DNA of 64,000 nucleotides from Octopus vulgaris. Lineage: Eukaryota. Position numbers and translations under genes: made by a program. Below the pieces are notes generated by a model that had not been told where the DNA came from, ran no database searches, and was given only the letters and a program-made list of their open reading frames with translations. Of the stretch, positions 26,341 to 39,100 are shown in pieces. Numbering within the stretch: position 1 is the first letter of the stretch; every line of letters starts with the position of its first letter. The stretch covers positions 68,696,001 to 68,760,000 of the forward strand of contig OX597828.1 in NCBI GenBank assembly GCA_951406725.2, read 5' to 3'.

Positions 26341-27559
26341 ATATAGCAACAGTTTTATTTTTGGCTACTTTAAATTTCTCTACCAGTGATTTTAAAAGCT
26401 GAATTTTTGCACCAGCGGCCAACATCTGTAGACCAAGGCAGGAGACGATAAAATACATACAAATGAAGTACTGGGGTTATCTATACATTTACCTCACTAA
26501 CATATAGATATTTTAAATAATCGATTCTAGCTGATCTCCAAAATATGTGACATTGTGCCAGGGCTAGAAAACAATACTCTCGTTATTGCTGTTTAGTTCT
26601 ATGTCGGTACTGGTCGACTGAACGTTCTGTCCCAGCCATGCTTGTCTTTTCTATTCAGATATAATGTATCAAGGACTAAATACACTTAATTTTTAAGATG
26701 GTAGGTTGTGATTTGAGGGTAATTAGCTACTATTTCTGGTAGGTCTAGTGACCAAATTAGGTTCGATATTCAAGTTATAAGAGGAACTGTTGGAAAAGTT
26801 GAGAAGCTATCGTTTTACAGATAGTAATTGAAGGGCTATGGGTTGTGTCCTTCTTTGTTAGTCTTTACAAGTACAAAAATGGATTAGTTGTGTTTAGATT
26901 CGGCCATTGTTATTGAATAATAATACTGGGTTAAGAATGAGATAATTACTTTGTAGGAAATATATTGAACATTAATAAATATTGAAAATTATTGCTGATA
27001 CAGTTAGACTTGATCCGAAATCAATAGTTCCTTGCTTTTATTCTCTCCAATATGTACCATTTTTTTTTATATAAGTAAATAATTTCATTAATAAACCGAG
27101 TTGATGGTAACGAATAAGTTACGAGAATTACAATATTATTGATTGCTCACATAAACGAAACAGTCTAATATATCGACTCTGATAGTTGATTGCGAATAAT
27201 TTTATCGACCCTTACTTACTGAAGATAGAAAATAAAAGTAAAGTCAATTACGATGAGATTTGAACCCTGAACGTAAATAAACTGTTGGGGAGGGACTGTT
27301 TGATTGTATTTTGACTGACATCGCTAGATTTGAATGCAGAACATAGATGTGAAGAAATACATCGAAAAGCAAGCAAGACAACGCCCACAATCTACTAGAA
27401 ATAGCAGCTAAATTTTCTTTAATAGACATCGGCATGATTTTAGATAAGAAAATATATGTTGGATAGTATAAACTACATGGAGCTTCTGTACAGCTCATGA
27501 AATTCTGGATCTGCACCAGAAAAGTCCATTTCAAGGTTTAGGCCTGGGTAACGTTTCTT

Positions 27560-27705
27560 TATAAAATACCAGCAGCTGTCTATGTTCTCTTCGCATCTCT
27601 AATGTTGGGCGAGGGCACCGATTCTGCCAGTATACCGCTTGGACTTTGTGTTTGGTGAGTTTCAGGAGTTCGGCAATTTCTTTTCTCTTTGTCTTCTTCC
27701 ATAGA
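27560..27705 (-). mobile_element. Possible Tc1-like transposase N-terminal HTH remnant
   Basis: EIAELLKLTKHKVQAVYWQNRCPRPTLEMRREHR resembles the EIA..L......V....R.GRPR pattern. Confidence 0.3.
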
Positions 27706-28153
27706 ATCCTATTTTAATCATTCCACTCAACAGCCACCTTTCAAACACATAAATATGTTTCTAACAGCGCAGCCTGGTACAAATATGTAGATGAACAAAA
27801 CTGGACAGCTTTTTACTTTTTTACATCTTCTCTTTGTTTGCTATACTCCGTCTTTTTATGTCTGCTGTTAATAATTATTACATCATCGTTTTAAACATCG
27901 TCTTTTGTATTTCTAAGCGTGAATGGTTTTGAGTTCTCTTCTTCCACTAAAGAAAGATTTAGTCCAAATTCACTGGTATAAGTGCGCAGTCCAATATGCA
28001 TACATACACATGCGTGCTTATGTGCATACAAATCCACGTATACATACATACATACATACATACATACATACATACATACAGACATACATACATACATACA
28101 TACATACATACATACATACATACATACATACATACATACATACATACATACAT

Positions 28154-28356
28154 AGGGAGAGTTTATGAAAAAAACAAAAGACGAAGACAGGTGGTGTACA
28201 AAACAAACAGATGTATTAGTATAACGCTCAGGAGTAGAAAAAAGTCTTTTACGTTTCGAGCCTACGCTCTTCTACAGAAAGGGACACAGAAAAAACAAGG
28301 AGAGAAACAAGGAGAGAAAAAAAGGAGAGAAAAAATGTGTGTAGTGGCTAACGATC
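28154..28356 (-). repeat. Family B repeat, copy 4 (best preserved; hammerhead-like motif at 28246-28281)
   Basis: Inserted within (CATA)n on both sides. The motif is identical to 924-959. Confidence 0.85.
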
Positions 28357-29058
28357 ATACATAATACATACATACATACATACATACATACATACATACA
28401 TACATACATACATACATACATACATACATACATACATACATACATACATGCATACATACATACATACATGACTACAACACTGATGGTATCTAAATTCCAA
28501 TGAATGAACTTTGCTTCTCGGTTAGAAACAGGCTCCTTGCTAAGATGAGAAATTCGTAAACTAAAACTAAGAAAGTATACGGGCGTACATACACATACGC
28601 GCGCTCACTCGTATATTTGACTTATGAATGATCAAGTAGTTAAGAACTTCATTTTGCGATCATTAGATCATCCTAATCACTATCTTACTAGCAAACATTA
28701 TCGTTGTTTTCTTTTTACTGCGGTATGAGAGAGGAGAAGTGTCTTCGTGGTCCGGATGATTTTGGTTTTGTAGGGTTTCCACGAGTAGCTCTTGGAGATC
28801 TTAACCCTTTTGCGGAATTTTTCTTTGAAATTTTTGTTACTTCTCTTGTTTACAGGAGTTTCTAATATAATCCCAAACTGTGTCGCCCTGTACTGTCTTC
28901 GATCCTTTTAGCAACCCTCTGTGGTTATTAAAAAAAAGGAGCGTTCAGTTGGTTTTGTTCACTTAACATCAAGGTGCTACCCATGCCTTCAGAATCATCT
29001 TATGATTCTAACCGTATCGAGGACACATATGTCGCAAAATTAATTGTTACGCTGATTA

Positions 29059-30676
29059 CACTGGAGAACATAAAAAAAAAATTAGCTGTCTTACTTTTTA
29101 CAATTAGTCTCACCTAATTTGATGGTGTTGGATTCACAAAATGCCCCCAGAAATTTTCTATCACGTCAAGTTTTTTGTTAAATACGAATTCACTTTTTTA
29201 CAAAAAAATATCAATTTTGCCATTAGATGCAAGACTGAAATAAGACACTAAAACAAATCAAATAGTACATTTTATTGTTTGACAAATATATTACACAAAA
29301 TGTTTAATTACACATCTTAGAATAGATATTACTGTCAAACTGGAGTTTGAACTTCTCAAGGAATGAACTTTCTCTTTGTTGCTTTATGTGAATAAATGAC
29401 ATCATGACAATCTCTTTACAGTGATCAGCAGTAGACAGCACCATGTTGGGGGTTCCGACTGCCTTGATACCTAGTCACCATGTTCTCGATGTCTTGGTGG
29501 AATCTTTTTCCTTGCTAATCACTGTTGCGTTAGGATCTTCAAGGAAGTAGTCCAGATGACTGTGCAGGAAATGCACATGTATACTCATGTTGCAGCTCAG
29601 TGCTTGAAAACTGGTTAACAGGATCTGCACAAGATCTTCATAATTTGATGGCTTCCTGTTTCTCAGGAAATCAGACACAACTGCAACAAAAGCATTCCAT
29701 GATCCTTTTTCAATGCCAGACATGATCTTCAAAAATAGCTTGTCCTGCGATAGTCACCTCATATGTGGCCCATCAAATACTCCAACCTTATTTTTCTCAC
29801 AACACAAAACTGGAAAAGTGTTTCAACACGTTTTGCACACGATATAGGATGCCCAAGCTTTGTCTTGTCGCCCAGTTTCATGCCACAGTAAGTAAGTACG
29901 TAAAGTAAGCTTTCTTCACAAAATCTGCCATTTTGTTTCACTGCCTAATTCAGAAATAAGCAGAAGACATCGGGAGTGTTTTTACATTCTCTTCTCTCAC
30001 AACTGGCTATATTTCTGAAATGTGGAGGTACATGGCTTAGTGGTTAAAGCAGCGGACTCGCGGTCGAGGGATCGCGGGTTCGAATCTCAGACCGGGCGAT
30101 GTGTGTGTTTATGAGCGAAACGCCTAAGCTCCACGCGGCTCCGGCAGAAGGTAATGGTGAACTTCTGCTGTACTCTTTCGCCACAACTTTCTCTCACTCT
30201 TTCCTCCTGCATCTTGCAGCTCACCTGCGACGGACCGGCGTCCCGTCCAGGTGGGGAACCTATGCGCCAAGGAAACCGGAAAACCGGCCCTTATGAGCCA
30301 GGCATCGCTCGAGAAGGAACAAAAAAAAGTATTTCTGAAATACAAAACATGTTCAAGCCAGTTGTTAGCTGGAAAAGCATTTTCGGAACAGTCAACAGTT
30401 ATAAAGTAAACAGAATGTAGTTGTATTTACTTTAAATGACATTGAAAAGATGTTGTCAAAGTTATGTCAAGCGCCATACATGGGTTCGCATTTGATGAAG
30501 TCAAATCTACCCTTACAAATGGTGACAATAGCAGAAATGTTGAAAAATGGACAACTAAGTTTGTGAAGAATCTTGACGTGTTATAACAAAATGGATTTCA
30601 TTTTTGAAGTCAGCACCCCTGAATTAGTAGGAAACATGTCTCCAACATCAGACAACTAAACCCCTGTTCCCCAAAT
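29059..30676 (-). mobile_element. Internally deleted Chapaev-type (CMC) DNA transposon
   Basis: Minus strand gives DFVKKAY..GMKLGD/DKAWASYIVCKTC, VGVFDGPHMR and WNAFVAVVSDFLRNRKPSNYEDLV..CNMSIHVHFLHSHLDYF../QGKRFHQDIENMVTRYQG. Termini are CACTGGAGAACA and a degenerate TGTTCCCCAAAT. Both ends share inverted subterminal CTTGACGTG..CACC..AATTAG blocks. Confidence 0.75.
30022..30329 (+). mobile_element. tRNA-derived SINE family F, inserted in the Chapaev-type element
   Basis: A box TGGCTTAGTGGTTAAAG, B box GGGTTCGAATCTC and an A-rich tail. 12-bp TSD TATTTCTGAAAT at 30010-30021 and 30330-30341. Confidence 0.9.
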
Positions 30677-30699
30677 ATTATCAAAAACTATTTGCTGGG

Positions 30700-31240
30700 G
30701 GTGTTTTAGACACTGTTCCTCGTCATCTCGTCATGACAGGAATTACAACAACCTCTCGGCTGCTACAAAACCATTTTTAATCCTTTCTTTGGCTCCCGGT
30801 ATTTATTCCTCTTCTCGTTTTCTTTTCCTTTCCCCATGGTGTCGAATGGAGAGGATATACCTATTGCCATATGTGTTCTATCTTTCTCTAGTACAGCAAT
30901 GTCCGGTCTTGTGTGTTCCAGTACTTAATATGTTCGGATTTTGAAATCTCATGAAAGCTTTGACTGATCGGTTTTCGACAGCTTTCGTTGGTATATGTTC
31001 ATACCAACTAAGGTAACTTTGTCGCGGCACCAGATTTTGTCTGTTATCTGAGCCAATCTTGTCTTACTCGTAACATAATGAACATGGTGGTGATATATCC
31101 TCTATACGTCTGTTTTCTCATTGCTCATATCCTTGTGGTGTCTTATTGCGCTGCTAGTATATTTATTGTCTTCGGCGGCTTTCTTCAGATCCCAAGTCCG
31201 AGTGCTGTATTCAGCATCGAGCTCTTTTGTAGTTCTTTAG
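30700..31240 (-). mobile_element. R4/Dong LINE fragment (RLE domain)
   Basis: WYEHIPTKAVENRSVK../DFKIRT..VLEHTRPDIAVLEKD..ISSPFD..KENEKRNKY..VVVIPV. Confidence 0.7.
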
Positions 31241-31247
31241 TAAAACC

Positions 31248-31297
<50 letters not shown>

Positions 31298-31320
31298 ACA
31301 CACACTCACACACACACACA

Positions 31321-31384
<64 letters not shown>

Positions 31385-31414
31385 CCACACGCATACACAA
31401 ACACTGCACACGCA

Positions 31415-31466
<52 letters not shown>

Positions 31467-33035
31467 CCACACGCATACACAAACACTGCACACGCACACA
31501 CACACACACGAGAGACAGAGTAGAGAGTGTGTGTACGTGTGGTATTTTGTAGGGAAGGAAAGAAGTTCAGAAACATTTACAATCAGGCTGAATAATTGGT
31601 GATGCCCACGTCTGTTTCCATGGTCCAATGGAACAATATGTTGAAGAAACCAGTCAACTATGCCGAGATTACTGCATGATAGTCCTAGGATTGATGAAGC
31701 TCAAAACCCACAAGGGATTGAACGAGTCTGCATTTCTGTCTCTCTTGCCTTTTCCCTTTTCTCTTAACTACCCTCAATCAACCTCCACCCCCATTCCCCT
31801 ACCATTATTATCATCCTGTAATTCACTATGAATTGTTCCGCTTTGTAGTGTAACTGCAGCGGAAACTACGACAGCCCAATCTAATTATTACTGTTCAATC
31901 AAGAACGGTCGATTATCAAACAATTATGAATTGAATTATTTGGAGACAATAATTCCAACAATCACCCCACCCCCTTCCTTTCTCATGCTTTATGACTCTG
32001 GTTAATTGGGGCGGATGTTGTGTTGTTAAGATCGGTTTACTGATGGTGGTGCGTTTACAAACGGAATCAGTTTGAGTAAAGCGAACTACGGTTGCTTATA
32101 CATATTTTATGGCTTCTCCCTTCCACCACATTTTATAACATTTTTGCAATAGTGAACATCCGAATACCTGTTTACTCTCAGGTGAACGAAGAGGCTTGTG
32201 TAGGGACGTTCTAAAGACTATCCCGTCGTGTTTCTTTCCATGGCATGTCGTATATTGGATTGCATTAGTTTACGTGTCCTTTCAAGACGGGAGAATGGGA
32301 TTTCAAGTATATTCGGCTGCTCTTTCTTTTTCTACTCTAGACACAAGGCCCGAAATCTTTTGTGTTCCAGCGTTCGTACAATCTTGTTTTTTATTTAACT
32401 CAGCAGACGGGCCTCAAAGTTTCTCAAATTGTGAACAACACACCGTTTTTATGCTTTCACTGTTATTTGTTCAATTGTGAAGGGAGGTGTGGTAATTTGT
32501 TTTTAAGAAATTCGTTTCATAACCAACCAAGTGCTTTTAGGTTCGATACCATTACACGGCAACTTGACCAACCACTTTGACTCCAGCTTCGATTTGACCC
32601 AAATTTTGTGAGGGAACTTTGATTGACAGAAACCATGTGGAGACCGTCGATGGAACTGTTCCTTTTATTGGTTCATAAATATTAATCCCCTGTTCAGTTT
32701 CACACCACCACTTGGTCCTATGTGACTTTAGCGTAGCCCACGGTTTTAAGCAGTTAATCAAGGCCCTCAGTGTGAGGATAACTTAAATCCACTAACCACA
32801 GAAATCCTGAAAGGGTCATGGGCATACTTCTTCTTCCTTTGATTTAAATATTTAAGAAAAACCTCCCATTTAATTTTTTTTAAAGACAATGCGATGTAAT
32901 TCCGCGAAATTTGATTGCTACTTCTAGCAAGTCGAGCAGCGAAATAAAGGCTCTTTTACTGCCTCGCGACATTTTGTAGAAGATGGAACATTTATTCCTG
33001 CTGCTTTTGTTAACGATGTTGTAGTTGCTGTTGCT

Positions 33036-33399
33036 GTTGTTGCTGTTGAGCGAAGCGGTCTTCGTCCCAGAGCTCGCAATATCGCGCCTCAGAAGTCCGA
33101 AACATGGTCCTTTGCTATTCGTAAGACCCGCAGACGAGAAAGCAGGTCAACCCCCGACACCGAGAGCATCGACGGATGGATGAATGCGCATCCAGGCTCA
33201 GCGGCTGCGTAGGAAGTCGGGGATAAGAAATAGGAAGAGAGAGTGAGAGAAAGTTGGAGCCACCAACCCCTGCCGGGGCCTCGTGAAGCTTTAGGTGTTT
33301 TCGCTCAATAAACACACACAACGCCCGGTCTGGGAATCGAAACCGCGATCCTCCGACCGCGAGTCCGCTGCCCTAACCACTGGGCCATTGCGCCTCCAC
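33036..33399 (-). mobile_element. tRNA-derived SINE with the family F head and an alternative 3' half
   Basis: A box TGGCCCAGTGGTTAGGG and B box GGTTTCGATTCCC. 16-bp TSD TGTAGTTGCTGTTGCT at 33020-33035 and 33400-33415. Confidence 0.9.
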
Positions 33400-33709
33400 T
33401 GTAGTTGCTGTTGCTACTGGGCAGTGAAATAGGCTTTTTTCCAGATATAAAGATGTTTTATTTGACGTAGTGTTACGGATGCTTGTATCCGTAGCTATGC
33501 TTTCGCTTCATAAATTTCAGATTGGAGCAAATTTTATACAGAACAAGAATGTGTTAAGACTAAGGTTGCCTTTCATCTTCACGGGGAAAACTAAAGTTAA
33601 ACATAGTGCGCACCTGTTGTTATTGTTTAAACTTGAACGAAAGGTGCAGAAACTGTCAGCATCCCATCTTTTTTAACATTTGCAAATAGACTACATCATC
33701 TAATATATT

Positions 33710-33942
33710 AAGGCGGCGAGCTGGCAGAAGCGTTAGCACGCCGGGCAAAATTCTTTGCGGTATTTCGTCTGCCGTTACGTTCTGAGTTCAAATTCCGCCG
33801 AGGTCGACTTTGCATTTCATCCTTTCGGGGTCGATAAATTAAGTACCAGTTACGCACTGGGGTTTATGTAATCGACTTAATCAGTTTGTCTGTCCTTGTT
33901 TGTCCCCTATACATTTAGCCCCTTGTGGGCAATAAAGAAACA
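33710..33942 (+). mobile_element. SINE family A
   Basis: Full copy with TSD AATATATT. Confidence 0.9.
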
Positions 33943-34603
33943 AATATATTCATAGTTTTAAGCAGGGTGTAATTTAAGAGGGATTTTGCTGTTATTTCTA
34001 GCAGGTTTAACGACTTTTGGGAAGCTACCTTGTTGTCTTGTGTGTACAAGTATAATAGGGTAGAATCTATAGAGAATACTGGTAAAACTCCCGATCGGCC
34101 TTATATCAACCTGTTACTCGTTAAACGATTAGAAATCAATATTATGTAATATTTAGGCAAATAAAGGAAGTCGTAAATAGAGAAAACACTCTGTTTGCAC
34201 GGCTGCCTCACTTGATCGTCGGCAAATACTTATTGATCATCTTAAACGATGTCATTAATCCACAGCAGCGAGTTTATATCAGGAGAGATAAACTGGTAAC
34301 ATTTTTGTTCAAATTGATCGTGTAATTTGATAGAATGATAACATGTAATTGATTACGATATGACATGACAGAAAAGAAAAAAAATATCCATCACACACAC
34401 GTACAGCATACGTACATACATAAACACATACAGACGTGCACAGGCACACACAGACACACGCGCGCACACACACACTCATACATAATACACACACACAATC
34501 ACTTTTCATTTATGAATTATTTTGCAAGAATATGTGCGTATGTATGTATGTATGTATGTATGTATGTATGTATGTATCTATCTATCTATCTATCTATCTA
34601 TCC

Positions 34604-34632
<29 letters not shown>

Positions 34633-34635
<3 letters not shown>

Positions 34636-34855
34636 TCAAATGAATATGGTACTTAAGTTAAAGGCACCAGAATTTTGTATGGTATTATCCATATAAATCA
34701 AATGGGGTGATTATAATCAAAATAAGCAACAAGGATATCCAAGGTACAGTAGTACTGATGTAATATTTACAGTGTTTAATAAAATGCAGTAGCATGAAAC
34801 AATTGTACTAATCTACATGGGATATCCTTGTTGCTTATTTTGATTATAATCAAAA
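34633..34855. repeat. Family C fold-back repeat, copy 2
   Basis: The left part is the reverse complement of 5892-5973. Inverted arms are ATTATAATCAAAATAAGCAACAAGGATATCC / GGATATCCTTGTTGCTTATTTTGATTATAAT. Confidence 0.75.
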
Positions 34856-35606
34856 TCTAAAAATAAAAGTTGGTCTTCCTACTCATTCATCCACCCATCC
34901 ATCTACCTACAAATCTATCCACCCATTCATTCATCCGTCTACCTACCTACTCATCCATCCATCAGCCCACCACCCCACTACCCATCTTCGGCCGAAAAAG
35001 TGACCAAGACATTCCGGGCAATACTTTTTATGCTACGTTTTTTTTATGTGTTTCAGTTACTTTTTATTTGGCCTGAATAGATATTTGCTCATTCGGATGT
35101 AATTATAGTTAATTAAACATTTTTACCCAAGTAACGTTAATTATGTTAGCATCCACTTAACTTCTAATTTTTTATGCAGAAGATGTGTCTGGTAATTTCT
35201 CTCCAACATTCTCTGAACTTTGTTAACTTTGACACTTGAATGTCCTCTGTTTAAATCATGTCTAACTCGACGTTTTCCATCTGTTCACCTTCGATTAAAT
35301 AATCACCATCGATACGTTGTCATCGATACAGAGAATCTATGTATTATTATGCTAAGGCCGAAATGCGTTGCGCTGTCCTGTGATTAGTTGAAGGGAGAGC
35401 CGAAGAGCGAGAGGGAGGAAGAAAAGGACAGAGAAAAAGAGGGAGAAAAAAAGAGGGATGGAGAAAAAGAGAGAGAGAGAAGCGTCCATGATGTGAGGTG
35501 GGAGAAACGTAATATTTAATTTGTAATTAAAAAGCTAGTTGAAGGGAGTGATATAAAAAAAGTTAGAAATATGATGTTTAGCCAAAAGTGGTGAGGTTAA
35601 AGAAGG

Positions 35607-35659
<53 letters not shown>

Positions 35660-36511
35660 AAAAGAGGGTGATGGAGAGAGTAGAGGGAGATGATGGTGGT
35701 GGAGTTGGAGTGGTGAGTGGATAGTGAAACGAATTTTTTAAAATTGAACTAAGTTTTTTTTATAATGCATGTACATAAGTGTAATTATTTATCGTCTGCT
35801 CGCTTGAAAATTGATATTTATTTTTGAAATATGGATGACAGACGATACAAGCTTGCAGAAAGAATGAGACCGAATAGGCAATAACGTGAAGAGTGGGTCG
35901 AAATACTTAGAGCAAGCACGAAAGTATAGCATATAGAAGGGGATATATGAATCAAAGAGTATAGAGTGAGTACTTACAACAGATAAGAAGACGTATTCAA
36001 GCCAGACTATAAAATGAAAATGAGGACGTCACAAAAAAAACAAAAAAACTGTAAACGTATTGTTGAAGGTTACAACATTGGTGACATGAATATTCTCTGT
36101 AATCATTGTGAAGTCAAAAATATAGAACTGAATCTCTGAACTGCCGAGAGAATGGAATCATGCTTCTTGAATTACAGCTTCAACCAGAAGAACTGAAATG
36201 TAAATGAAAACAATGCAGAATATTTCGTTTTTGGATTTGGTTTGCAAGATTCTTTGCAAGAGAGTCGAAACTATTGAAAAGGATGCAAGACGCAACGAAA
36301 ATTTTAGGAAAATAAAAATAAGAAAAAAGTGGAAATCTTACCGGTGAGTGTGTTATATTATAAGGCACAAAAAGAAAATGACTCTCCCCAGACACAACAG
36401 AATGCAGAATGTACAATTTATAACGGATCACTAGTTTTTATGAGTCTATATAAACATACAACCACCTAAAATATTTCGTATTTACTGTGGAATTTCCACG
36501 AGTACTGCTAG
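34856..36511 (+). mobile_element. Degenerate Helitron remnant
   Basis: 5' end TCTAAAAATAAAAG. GYNIGDMNILCNHCEVK at about 36068-36120 resembles the RepHel N-terminal IG.M...C.HC zinc finger. The 3' end has the hairpin GTGGAATTTCCAC then CTAG. Boundaries are uncertain. Confidence 0.5.
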
Positions 36512-36775
36512 CCTTTATAAATATTGGAACTGACCCTGAGGGAAATCTCTAGATGTCACTACTGGGGAGATTCAATAAACGTTTGGGTATAATATTGGTC
36601 TAGATACTCCTGGATAATAATTAAAACCTGCTACTGGAGTTTCACTGCACTTTTATCCATTTATTTAAAGCTCTATATTCTGTATTGCTTCAGCCCTTGT
36701 ATTTAGTCGGAAAGGAGTATTAGAGTATTTGGGAGTATCAGGTGAGGAATATCAAAGATGTGGTTATCTCTAATT

Positions 36776-36853
36776 AACTTTGCGCTCTGAACCTCTTTTA
36801 AGCCATAGCTTTCAAACTTTGCGCTCTGAACCTCTTTTAAGCCATAGCTTTCA
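36776..36853. repeat. Perfect 39-bp tandem duplication
   Basis: AACTTTGCGCTCTGAACCTCTTTTAAGCCATAGCTTTCA occurs twice in tandem. Confidence 0.9.
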
Positions 36854-37360
36854 TTCTTTACCATCCATATAGCAATGCAGGACTTAAGAAGCCATTTATT
36901 ATTGTAGTTTTATGTTAGAAATTACTTGACACTAAAGCACAAGCTTAGTCATTCTGATTAAGAAGCCCAGTTCTCAACCACGTGGTTCCATGTTCGATTC
37001 CGCTGCGTAGAATATTGGTCAAGTGTCTTCTTCTGTTGTTATCTGGGATTCACCAAGATATTGCGAGTGGAATTTAAAAAGCTTAAACTCTGCAGAAGTA
37101 CTGTCGTGTGTGTGTGTGTGTGTTTTGTGTGCGTATATTAGTATAATTTGATAGAGAATGAGAAAATTAGTTTTAGATTGAAAAAAAGAAAAAAGTATTG
37201 AGGTAGGACAGAGTGATATCAAGGGGTTGATTGCATCATCGTGTGTTGGTTATCTAGGGACAATATTCGATGGATTGATTGGAGGAGGAGGAAGAGGAGT
37301 ATATTGTGGGAGGTACTTCAGCAAGACCGCAGGTCAACAACTGGAGCCTGTGGAAAACTA

Positions 37361-37413
<53 letters not shown>

Positions 37414-37876
37414 ACTACTAATACTACTACTACAGTAGATAAACTAACTGAATGTAAATCTCTTTGAAGTGATTCTTTATGTAAACAGAAAGTAATTGGA
37501 ATCATCAAAGCGTTTACAATCCATTGCATTGATGGATTAAATCGTCACGGATGACTGAGAGGATGTTTGATGCTTCCCACCACTCTCTCTCTCTCTACCT
37601 CTCTCCCTCCATACATACAAACACACACACATGCACGAAACAATTATAGTATAATTTTTTATGATTATTTTCATCATCTAAAATGTAAATATATTGATGT
37701 AATGTAAATAACGTTACGGTTTCTGTTACAGCCATAAGAGTACAAACTTTGGAACAAAGGTACATTTAATTAAATCCATTTCATTTTTACCCTGGTACTT
37801 CTTTTTATCGACCCACAAGGAATGAATGTAGATTTAGCGGGATCTGAACGCGCTGGAATGTTGTTACTAAATACCT

Positions 37877-38106
37877 ATTTCTTTACTACCCACAAGGGGC
37901 TAAACACAGAGCGGACAAACAAGGACAGACAAACGGATTAAGTCGATTACATCGACCCCAGTGCGTCACTGGTACTTAATTTATCGACCCCGAAAGGATG
38001 AAAGGCAAAGTCGACCTCGGCGGAATTTGAACCCAGAACGTAACGGCAGATGAAACACCGCTAAGCATTTCGCCGGCGTGCTAACGTTTCTGCCAGCTCG
38101 CCGCCT
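37877..38106 (-). mobile_element. SINE family A nested in an older relative
   Basis: TSD TAAATACCT at 37868-37876 and 38107-38115. An old copy lies at about 37780-37876. Confidence 0.9.
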
Positions 38107-39057
38107 TAAATACCTCTTCTCTCATCTACTGTTATATATGTCCACAAAACTTGAGAACGAAGTAACGAAGTACACTCAAAGAAATGATCTCAGTATTTAA
38201 CTGGCACAAATTTAACGAACGCCAGAATGAAAAACAAAGCGGAATTTGAATTTCGAACGTAAACAAGCATTACTTAGTACCGTTTTTATAGAGTATTGTT
38301 ATCATTGAAGGGAGACTGTAGATGAAGTTAACTTTAGTACGTGACTGGTATTTTTATTTACTCTAAAGAGATGAGAGTTATATTCAATACGTTCGAGATT
38401 TTACCTCAAAGCGTAAAGGACTAACTGGAGATTTTGGGGCCTTGCACTTCTTTATAACACAATACACTATAATACAGCGTACCATAATATTGACAGTGAA
38501 TGGCGGACTCGGTAGACTGCTGGGTACAAATGATATTCATGTTTAATAAGGTTACTTAGAGTTCTGAGTTCAAATACGGTCGGAGTTGACTCTTCTTTCC
38601 ATTCTGAAGACGGGGAAAACGAAATAAGTAGCAGCCAATCACTACTGTCGATTTAATCGTTCGAATAGCTATTGGTTTTGTGTCAATATTAGAAATCAAT
38701 TAAATATAATGCAATGCAATTTCGTTGGCGGTGGTCATCTTCCATCAACAAAATAATCGTTTATAGACCAGCTGTGTAAATTAATAAAAACACAACAGTA
38801 TCTTCTGTATGTCTGTGCAAATATATACGTATAAACACTCACATATATAATGTGCAAATATATATGTTGCCCATTACCTCTTATTAAAGTACTTCACACC
38901 AGCTCACTAAATAGTTTGGCATATTAACCATTCCTTATACTGAAAAACCCAACACTAATAAAACGGAAGGGCAGATAGTGAGAGATCTTTCGCTCTTTTT
39001 TTTTTAACTTGTGTTTAATGTACTGTGACAACTTCGCAAACAGTAAAACGTTGGAAT

Positions 39058-39100
<43 letters not shown>

